This document shows positions 55,425-64,000 of a DNA stretch of 64,000 nucleotides, piece by piece. Location: contig JAWQFM010000007.1 of NCBI GenBank assembly GCA_033442325.1, positions 1,902,567 through 1,966,566 of the forward strand, in the 5' to 3' direction. The first letter of the stretch is position 1. Each line of letters begins with the position of its first letter. A program made the translations under genes and the position numbers. The stretch is from Salpingoeca rosetta (Eukaryota; Protista; Choanoflagellata). The notes below the pieces were generated by a model that was not told where the DNA came from, made no database searches, and was given only the letters and a program-made list of their open reading frames with translations.

Positions 55425-55847
55425 CCCACTTCGACGCGTGCGAACAATGTCGGGAGATAACAGATCAATCGAATACAACAGGCTGAGGCAAAGCAATTGT
55501 CAACATCGAAAGAGCAGGCAGACCACCAAAGAAAGACCACACAAAACCAACACCACCTTGAGCATGTGTCACTGAAAAAAAGAGCACATCTGTCTCCATG
55601 AGGCGACGGAACGTGACATGATACCCACACTTTCACACATACGCTTCCACACAGCGGTGCGGCCGTCGACAGAGAGAAGGAAGTGCGGTGCATAGGGTAG
55701 CGCACACGCACCCACATGTACACGTACACACACACACACACGTACACACAACGAGACAACATAACGCAACACTCAATACGCAACACACAACACACAAACA
55801 CAACGCATGCGGACAGCTGTACACCATCACACGTCTCCTATCTCTGT

Positions 55848-56749
55848 TCAACGGCGGCGGCGGCGGCGCTGCTGCTGCTTGTTTTTCTTCTCGCGCTTGC
55901 GCTGCTTTGCGATGTTATCTGCCTTCTTCTTCCGCAACAGGCCTGCACGGTACTTCTTCAGTTGTGTCTGCATGGCGCCGAACGACGGTACCAATACGAA
56001 AGCGCAACGAGTGGTGAGACGAAGACATTGCAAAAGAGAACAGGCTGGACGGTGATGGGTGCAAAGTACGCACAATCACACATGACACATGACACATCAC
56101 AGATCATGCACACACGCACACGCACACGCACACGCACACGCACACGCACACGCACACACACACACAAGCACACAAACACACAAACTCACACACACAAGCA
56201 CACAAACAAAAACACACGCACGCACACACAACACGCACGCACGCACACACAATCACTTACCCTTGACATGCCGCTGGGCTCACTGTCCTTCTTGCCGCTC
56301 TTCTTGTCTGTCGTGCTAATATCCATTGCGCTGTCTTCCTTCTCAGCATCCTTGCTCGATGCCTCGGCTGTGTCTTTGGTGGTTGTTGTGTTGGTGTTGC
56401 TGGCGTCCTGCGCGGCGCTCTCCGCAACCTTGGTGGCAGCGGCAGCATCGCTTGCCGTTTGATCGACTGCACACATGTGTGGTAGAATGGAGCATCGCGT
56501 GAGCGCAACGCCGATGGTGGCCACGACTCGCCAGGCTGCACAACATGATGAAGTATTACCACGGACATTGAAGGCAACCTCCGAACTCACCGGTGTCTGC
56601 CTCTGTCTTCATCTCATCCTTGATTGTAGCTGTGTGAACAGCAAGGTGAAACAGAGGACGCTCGTCAGTCAAGGGGGAGGGGGCCTCAAGCGTTTGCACA
56701 TGCACAGGCAAGCGCATATGCACGCGTGCACATGCACATGCGTTGTGTC

Positions 56750-56805
<56 letters not shown>

Positions 56806-56827
56806 TGAAATACGTGCACACACAAAA

Positions 56828-56870
<43 letters not shown>

Positions 56871-57062
56871 TGAAATACGTGCACACACAAAACCACACAC
56901 GCACACGCACATAATACCCACGCAATGATCGCATACAGTGATCGCAGGCACACGATGCGCGACCACCATACCTTGGAGCGCAGCTTGTTGCTTTGCCTTG
57001 ATCTTCTGTCGCTTGATTGTGCGGAACTTCCGCTTGATCTTGGACCGAATCGACTTTGCCAT
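55848..57062 (-). CDS. LLPH: LLP homolog (LAPS18-like) small basic nucleolar protein; ~4 exons
   Basis: N-terminus MAKSIRSKIKRKFRTIKR matches the family signature MAKSLRSKWKRKMR; K/R-rich C-terminus. Confidence 0.75.
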
Positions 57063-57118
57063 CGCGCTTGCTTGCTTTGTTCGCTTGCTTTGCTCGCCGT
57101 GTATTGGATGCCGCAAAA

Positions 57119-57126
57119 CCACGTGG
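57119..57126. promoter_or_regulatory. Candidate E-box CCACGTGG ~57 bp upstream of the LLPH ATG
   Basis: Extended palindromic E-box in non-repeat context next to the start codon. Confidence 0.35.
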
Positions 57127-57776
57127 AACAGATACGCAATTTATGGTGTCGCTTGCGACTTTGTTTGATGATTGACGCTCGATTTTGGTTGCGATGTGAT
57201 GATGTGATTGTGATGTGTACAAATCGCTCTTTCCTTTAGTCCTTTTGATCTATCAGCTTCTGTCAATCGTCCTTGTTGTAGTAGTGAAAGTCCCCGTGAT
57301 ACTCCGCCACACACGCAGCATACGCACACAGAAGAACCAACAAACACAAACAGGGAGACACAGAAAAGCAGAAATCAGCACAAAGCATCGCTGAAGACGT
57401 TGCATATTTGCCGTTGCATTGAGGGGAAGCAGGGAAGCAGGAAAGCTGCTTCGTACAAGTGTCGAGAACTTGCTTGATCGCACAAACAAGCGACTCAAGT
57501 GATGTAACATAACTCACCCAAGGAACCAGAGCGATCGAAAGCAGCGATTGTACATACACCCCAAGTCAATGAGCAGAGACAGACCCCCCAAATGCACACA
57601 TATCCATCCACACACGCACATGTCAGCATGTATGTAGACTCGCACACACCCACACGTGCAGACGTGCAAAAACATACCATCCACACACCCACACCCACAC
57701 ACATGAACGACTACAACACGCACGCACGCACACACACGCACAAACACACACACACACACATTGCAAGTGCACAACA

Positions 57777-60700
57777 CTACGCGACACTCGCTTCGACTGC
57801 ATGGAGCGAGGTGGTGGTCGAGCGTGTGCGGCCGCGGCGTCTGGCACTGAGTGCGCGCTGCAGCACGACAGCGGATATGGAAGGTGATGGTGCGGGCCAC
57901 CCTTCGGAGAACGTGACCGGGTCTGTTGCAGGAAGGGACGTCGTGCCATTCCTGATCAACGCAGACACCTGCCGGCGACGCCGCAGCATGCGCCGCGTAG
58001 CACGAAGGGTCACTTTGCCTGTTGGGCTCAGTCTCCTTCCGCCTGGTGATGCCACCGTGCTCTGCTCCTGTGCGCTGGCGGGCACAGCTGCTGTAGTTGA
58101 TGTTGGTGGCAGCGATTCAATAAACAGTGCAACCTCGTCGTCCTGTTCGTCAGACAGCACGCCCGCCAACGCGTGCTCGGCAACCACATCAACCACGTCC
58201 ACGGGAATGCCGCGGAGGAAGCTCTCTGCACCCAACTCGCCCCGGTGATACGCCAAGCACTTGTGCACACACAGCTCAACGCAGCTGGCATCAGGTGCCA
58301 ACGCTTGCCCCGCGTGCTGCTTCAGCAGCTCCCGGTACACTCGCAACGATGCCTCGCACGCCGGCTGATCAAGGTTACACGTGTCAGGGCTGTTAAAGCC
58401 AAACCGCAGCAGGGCGTCCACGTACTCGCACACGGGTGCACGCTCGTTGCAAAAATCAAACGGCGTGTCGGTGCTGTCACTGAGCTGCTGATTTTGGCTG
58501 TTTGCTGCCCCAGCGTCTCCTTGTTTACAAGAGATGTTGCCCTTACTCTCCACTGCTTCAGGCAACAAGTGTGGCTGATGTGGTGCGTAGCTGCCAGCAC
58601 GCCGGCGGTCGCCATCAAAGTCATTGCCGTTGGTATGCTGCACGCCACTGTCTTCACTATCAAGCAGCACGTCTTCACCATCATCATCACCATCATCATC
58701 ACCATCACCATCACCATCACCATCACCATCATCATCATCATCATCATCATCGTTATCACTGCCACTCTTACTGGCCCATCCATCCGAACCGTCGTCGTCA
58801 CCGCAATCAGGCAGAGCGCCGCCAACACCGCCTGGAAACAGCGACCACGCAGGGGTTGTGTCCACGCCCACACCAGCCAACGTCAGCAGCGCGTGGCTGA
58901 TGGTGGCTGTGACGAAGCGTGCGCCAACGTAGGCGCGCCCACGCGACAGGTTGGTGAAGGTGCGTGCGAGCAAGACAGCTTGCTCGTCGTCGCTCCGACA
59001 CTGGCCATGCCGCGGGAACACAAGAAACGGGTTGCTGAGTAGAAATCCAAAGTAGCTCAGGTTGCCTGCGAGTGCAGCCATCCAGTTCTTCAGCGTGAAC
59101 CCGCGGCGATCGCGGAGCGAGGTGTTGAGCTCTGGCAGCAACTTCCACGTGTTGATCACAAAACTGCGCGTGTCAACGGCAGCAAAGTTGCTCACGTCTC
59201 GAGCGGCCATTGCACAGGCCATCGCCACCGCCTCCTCACCCAGCATCTTTGCTGCCGTATCCAACCAGCAGGTGCAAGCCTCGTCGCAGCTGGTGCAGCT
59301 GTGACAGCTCCTACAGCTCCCGCCCCTGCACACCTTGCTGAACGCCACCACCAGCTCTTGCTGCGTCATTTGCCACAAGTGTCTGGGGCGCTGCTGCCTT
59401 TGCTGCTGCCTTGGCTCTTGCTGCCCCAGCTCCTCTTGCTTGTCTTCCTTCTCCTGCCGCTGCGGCTGCCGCTGTGGCTGTTGGTCATACCGCCAACCGT
59501 TACACTCATGTTCGGCTCGCAGCACATCTGTGAGTGCAGACGTGCATCGCTCGTACAGGAGATCAACAGATGCCTGCACCCGGAAAGGAATGGTGGCCTC
59601 GATGCATGTGCACACGTACAGGAGCTGCACCTCTGTCAGCCAGGGCGCGAGCATGTCCATTGCAACCACGCAGCTCAGAAACTCGTTCAGGCCCTGTGCA
59701 CCAATCTCGAACGGCAGCAGCTCCCCAGACGAGTGTCCGAAGAGGCGATAGCACAACAGTTGTGCCCGTGCCCGTCTCTCACACAGGTCTTCTGCTGCTG
59801 CCGCCGCTTGGGCCATCGCGCAGTCACAGGAGGACGACCACACACAGTGCTGGTGGCGACTGTAACCACTGCTGTCATTTCCGCTGTCGTTGCCGCTGTC
59901 GTTGTTGCTGCCGTTGCTCCTGCGAGGGTTCTTCGCACCAGCCAAGCCCCAGCCTTTCTCATCGCCTTTGCCCTCCTTGCCACGAGGGCTGCAGCCGCAA
60001 GAACAGTCGTCATCCTCGTGCCACCAAGAAAGCACCTCTGCTGCGCCTGTGGGTAAGACTGGATCAGCACGCGTGCAGCTGATGCCGGCAGCATCCACGG
60101 CACGCTCTCTGTGCTCACGTCGGGAATCCGTTGCAGCCTGCAGCGGCGGCGACGGGGCGGAGGGTGTCAACAGTGGTGATGATGTCGTGGACAGGGGCAA
60201 AGGGGAGGAGGGGGAAGGAGGGAAGAAGGAGAGGTCCGAGGCTTGAGTTGAGCTCGAGGCACAACTGGTGTTGCTGTCCATGCTGTTAAGCCTAGCGTGG
60301 CGGCGGTAGCGGCGGCGGCGACGGCAAGGCTGCCACGGGTGCTCGTACTCAACCAGAGTGTCGGCGAGGAGGGCAAGCTCACACGGGCGGCGCAGTGCCT
60401 CCCGTCGCTTGTCATACCGGCCTGTCGCATCCGCCATCAAGCGTGGGCTGTCGACGATCTGCTGAACTTGGGGATCATGATGACCGGTCTCCTTGGTGAT
60501 GTCGGTTGCAGTATCGGCGGCGTGGTTTTGGTCGCGCTTGCCCAAGCGCTCCTCATCCTCGTCGGCCTCGTCTTCTCGTTCTTGTTCTTCTTGTTCTTGT
60601 TGTCGTTGTTGTTGCAGCGTGGTATCGTCCTGGCCGGCACCCTGCGCCTGCGAACGCGCTGTTGCCTCCTCTGAGGGCAAAGGCAGGAGCCGTGCGCGGT

Positions 60701-61004
60701 GGAGGATAGGCAGAAAGCACGGTGCGATGCCATCGTCCACTTGAAGGTAGACCACGTCGTGAAAGGCTGCTGCTAGGTATGCCAGTGGGTCTGAGGCGGC
60801 GTCCTCGGGGACAACCGCAAACACATGGTGTGACGAGTGGTACACGCGATGCGGCCCGCTCATGCTGACGACAATAAGACGCGCAAGCGTCTCGATGTGT
60901 TCGGGAGGTACCTGCGCCTCGAGTGCCGCAAACGCTTCGGTCATGCCGCTCACAAGCAGGGCCATGTGTCGCTTCGTGTCACCATCGTCCAGCTCTCGTT
61001 CCAT
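57777..61004 (-). CDS. Intronless ~1075-aa protein with HD-superfamily metal-binding motifs and low-complexity insertions
   Basis: SMSGPHRVYHSSHHVF, LAAAFHDVVYLQVD, GLNEFLS, IEATIPFR, RDVSNFA, NTWKLLPELN. The track start at 61091 is TTG; first ATG is at 61004. Confidence 0.75.
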   Translation of the reverse strand: MERELDDGDTKRHMALLVSGMTEAFAALEAQVPPEHIETLARLIVVSMSGPHRVYHSSHHVFAVVPEDAASDPLAYLAAAFHDVVYLQVDDGIAPCFLPILHRARLLPLPSEEATARSQAQGAGQDDTTLQQQRQQEQEEQEREDEADEDEERLGKRDQNHAADTATDITKETGHHDPQVQQIVDSPRLMADATGRYDKRREALRRPCELALLADTLVEYEHPWQPCRRRRRYRRHARLNSMDSNTSCASSSTQASDLSFFPPSPSSPLPLSTTSSPLLTPSAPSPPLQAATDSRREHRERAVDAAGISCTRADPVLPTGAAEVLSWWHEDDDCSCGCSPRGKEGKGDEKGWGLAGAKNPRRSNGSNNDSGNDSGNDSSGYSRHQHCVWSSSCDCAMAQAAAAAEDLCERRARAQLLCYRLFGHSSGELLPFEIGAQGLNEFLSCVVAMDMLAPWLTEVQLLYVCTCIEATIPFRVQASVDLLYERCTSALTDVLRAEHECNGWRYDQQPQRQPQRQEKEDKQEELGQQEPRQQQRQQRPRHLWQMTQQELVVAFSKVCRGGSCRSCHSCTSCDEACTCWLDTAAKMLGEEAVAMACAMAARDVSNFAAVDTRSFVINTWKLLPELNTSLRDRRGFTLKNWMAALAGNLSYFGFLLSNPFLVFPRHGQCRSDDEQAVLLARTFTNLSRGRAYVGARFVTATISHALLTLAGVGVDTTPAWSLFPGGVGGALPDCGDDDGSDGWASKSGSDNDDDDDDDDGDGDGDGDGDDDGDDDGEDVLLDSEDSGVQHTNGNDFDGDRRRAGSYAPHQPHLLPEAVESKGNISCKQGDAGAANSQNQQLSDSTDTPFDFCNERAPVCEYVDALLRFGFNSPDTCNLDQPACEASLRVYRELLKQHAGQALAPDASCVELCVHKCLAYHRGELGAESFLRGIPVDVVDVVAEHALAGVLSDEQDDEVALFIESLPPTSTTAAVPASAQEQSTVASPGGRRLSPTGKVTLRATRRMLRRRRQVSALIRNGTTSLPATDPVTFSEGWPAPSPSISAVVLQRALSARRRGRTRSTTTSLHAVEASVA

Positions 61005-61853
61005 GGCGTCGCTTGTGACTGTTGTCGTGCCGTGCAATCGGTGGCCCCCCGGTGATGTGCTTGTTTTGTAGTTTGGTTGTCTTATTTCCAAACTTGAGCC
61101 GCGGTTGACTTGAGGGGTTTGGCTGACTCTTGCTGGTTGTGAGGACAGGGGAATCGCAGTCTTGGGAGTTCGAGCGTTAAAGCGGTCTTTGGGGAGGGGG
61201 GTTGCTTACTCAAGAGCGTATAAGGGCACAACTCCAGAACTCCAGTCAATCTTTGAGTGAACGAAGAACGCCTGAACCAAATGTTGAAGATGATGCCGAG
61301 GCGGATCACACGAGCAGAAGGTGAGACGGGTGGTGAGGGAGATGTTGCGTGTGGTTTATGCAGGTGCTGATCGATGGATCGAAAGAAAGGAAGGGGATGA
61401 GTGATTTGACATGTGTAAATCAACAAGATGGTGGGGTAAATGACCTTTCGCACACCAGCTGCACACCTGCCTGCATACCTGCTGCATGCTGTGTGCGATT
61501 AGTTGTTCGCGAATGTGGTGTCTGGTCTGACATCCCGATCTTGTTGTTCACTTCATGTCAGTCATGCGCTCTGGTTGTTTGACAGCGGCAAAGCAGCCGC
61601 ATCTTCGAAAAGGTTGTCGGTGCAGCCTGGTAGGGAGTGGGGAGGGAAAGGGTAGGGCGAGGTATCAGCTGTTCTGAGAAGTGGGCGAACTGCTCTCTTG
61701 GGATTCGCAGAAGCAGCCGACTTCTTGGAACACATCGCGTCATCAAGGCATTTAAAGTCGCGAGCTGTCAATTCGACTGTTGTTTGGCAACGCGATTTTT
61801 ACTGAGTATCACCAAAGAAACAGCACAAGCAAGCATTGAAGATGTCAAACTCA

Positions 61854-62023
61854 TCAATCACGAACAGCAAAGTTGGTGGATGTACTGACAGGGACATGCA
61901 CAAAGAAGCTGCTGTCTTGCACATCCTGCTCCGTGGGCTCGGGCGGGTCGCCTTTGCCTTTCTTCTTGCCAATGACGGTGTCACGGATGAAGGTGCGTGC
62001 CTGACGTCAGGGATTTGGTGGAT

Positions 62024-62074
<51 letters not shown>

Positions 62075-64000
62075 GTTTGCGCAAGTGTTGCGTGAGTTGA
62101 CGAGCACGCATGCAATGCTCACATGCGTTGCACCAATCGAACCACCTGGCAGTGCTTCAAAGTCACAAAGCCTGGCAGCTGGCCACATGGGCACCATGCA
62201 GGGTTGGTTCGATGCAACTCGGCACACTGTAGTGCTGCCAGGGGTGGGAGGCAAGGGGGACAGGGGGTGGGGAGACGGGGGAGGCAAAACCTCCGACATA
62301 CACCCTGAAGCAAGACACACCAACACTCACACACCGACACACACCGACACACACCGACACACACCGACACACACACGCACACACACACGCACCTCTTTTG
62401 AGGAGAAGTCATCGCGAATGTTGAGGATGGTTTCCAGATGGTGATGTGTGAAACCGGGGAACTCGGAGCGCATCTTGAGGAACGACATCTTGATCACGCC
62501 CGGCGACACATCAAGCATCTGGTGAATGTACACCAGCGCCATCGTTGGATCGCGCTGCAAGCACGTTCGTGTACGAGCGTACGCATGCATGTGCATGTGA
62601 GCACACGTGCGCATGTAACGCGTGCAAGTACGAGTGAACACGTGCACACGTGCGCGAAGCGTGACGCGCGTAAGCACGATCAATATGCACAGCGTGACTG
62701 AATATCCATGACTTTGTGACTGCAATCAAGTGATGGAGTTGCCTTACCCCCGTGCTATCAGTGACGATATCAAACTGTTGGAAAAAGTCCCGCAGCATCT
62801 CAAGCTCCTCCTGTGCGTGTGTGTATGTATGTACGTGTATATGTTAGTGGGTGTGTGCGTGTGTGTGCGCGTGCGTGGATTGTGTGTGCGTGTGTGCGAT
62901 TGTATGTGCGCGAATGTAACGATGCTGGACTGCGCACACAATGGGGGTCGATACATGTCCACTCGGGCACAAACACCGGCAGCAGTTATCACATGTGCAT
63001 GCACATGCACGCACCCTGAAGCAGCGAGCAAATGTTTCGCGGTCCTGCTCATCCTTCGGGCGGTAGCGTTTCGTCATCAACGCCCTGAACATCAACAAGC
63101 ACGCACGCACACACACACACAGTGGCACGCACACAAATATAACACGGTGTCAGCACAGCGCTCGTCTCGAGTGGCGTTATTCCGGCTAGTGCAATCGATC
63201 ACACAGCAAGCAGCAGGCACCGCCGCATGCGCACCACAGAACCGCACCTGAGATACTGAATGACGGTGCGCTTGTAAACATTGGTCATCAGCAAGTGGAA
63301 ATGCCTGCCACGCCATGCCATGCGTGACGTGCATGTGTGTCCATGCGTGCACGTGCGCAGGTGTGAATGCAGTACAAGCTTGTCTGGTCAGCCGGGCAGT
63401 ACCTGCACACAGTTGAGGAGTGCATGCACATGCGTTCTGCCTTCCTCTCCTCACACGCAGGCACACACACACACACACATATGCACACGCACGCACACGC
63501 ACGCACACACACACACACACATACGCACATACGCACACCGCCTCGGGTATCATTCAAACATGAAAGCGACAGTGGCAGCGAAGTTGTAGCACCTCGGGTT
63601 TAAGTGCTCTTGGAAATCCGTGCAGTAGTCCTCCAGCGTGGCCAAAATGCGTTTCAACGCCTTGCGGGACCGCAGCCTGCGAACGCGAAAATAATGATCG
63701 AACGCGCACACGTGTATGTGAACACGCGTTGAGCTCAATGCACGTATAAGTCGCCGGTCATCGGGCACGGAAAGTTTGACATGGTCACAACTACACTCAC
63801 AAACGCGGGCACACCTGCACATACACATGCACAAGCACAAACAACGCAGCCCTCAAACCACACACACACACACACACGCACCACTTGAGCACGAAGAGGT
63901 CTGCGTAGATGTGGTTAAGGTCGACAAACATGAGCTCCAACAACAGGCCTACGCCGCGAGTGGCGAGCTGCGAAAAGCCGGGATCGAGCTCTTCGTGCAC
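61854..64000 (-). CDS. EXOC3: Exocyst component Sec6/EXOC3, 3' exons (5' part outside window)
   Basis: LLLELMFVDL..LFVLKW|L, ILATLEDYCTDF, VIQYLRALMTKR, MRSEFPGFTHHHLETILNIRDD. Confidence 0.8.

Noticed and set aside
63550-63595. In-frame TGA in EXOC3 (readthrough or selenocysteine)
   Set aside because: It lies in an intron: donor CCGAG|gtgcta joins in frame to cag|GCATTTCCAC (RHFHLL).

Overview
Eukaryotic, intron-dense, gene-dense genomic DNA. Introns are packed with (CA)n/(GT)n and other microsatellites. Gene content and repeat style fit a choanoflagellate, most likely Salpingoeca rosetta (inference, not verified). Most entries in the ORF track are microsatellite artefacts (HT/VC dipeptides). 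Manual exon joining supports about 15 genes. Recognisable ones: a WW+RS-domain VP39-family cap 2'-O-methyltransferase, a divergent myosin (MYO19-like), mitochondrial RNA polymerase, an SRSF2-like RRM protein with (DDYRR)11, a CPVL-like S10 carboxypeptidase, GET3/ASNA1, SNX17 (crossing a 100-N gap), LLPH and the 3' part of EXOC3/Sec6. Less familiar ones: a Cys-rich secreted protein, a small transposase-N-terminus-like gene, a TIR/HET-like-TPR protein, an EF-hand/WW/coiled-coil/CAP-Gly protein, a Pins/LGN-like TPR protein, an intronless HD-domain protein of bacterial type and a partial hypothetical gene at the left edge. Twelve genes form six consecutive head-to-head pairs. Strongest leads: the WW/RS-VP39 methyltransferase, the TIR/HET-like-TPR receptor, the intronless HD protein and the polarised 5'(GU)n...(CA)n3' intron architecture. 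No rRNA, tRNA or CRISPR array was recognised. Family assignments are from recalled motifs; no searches were run.
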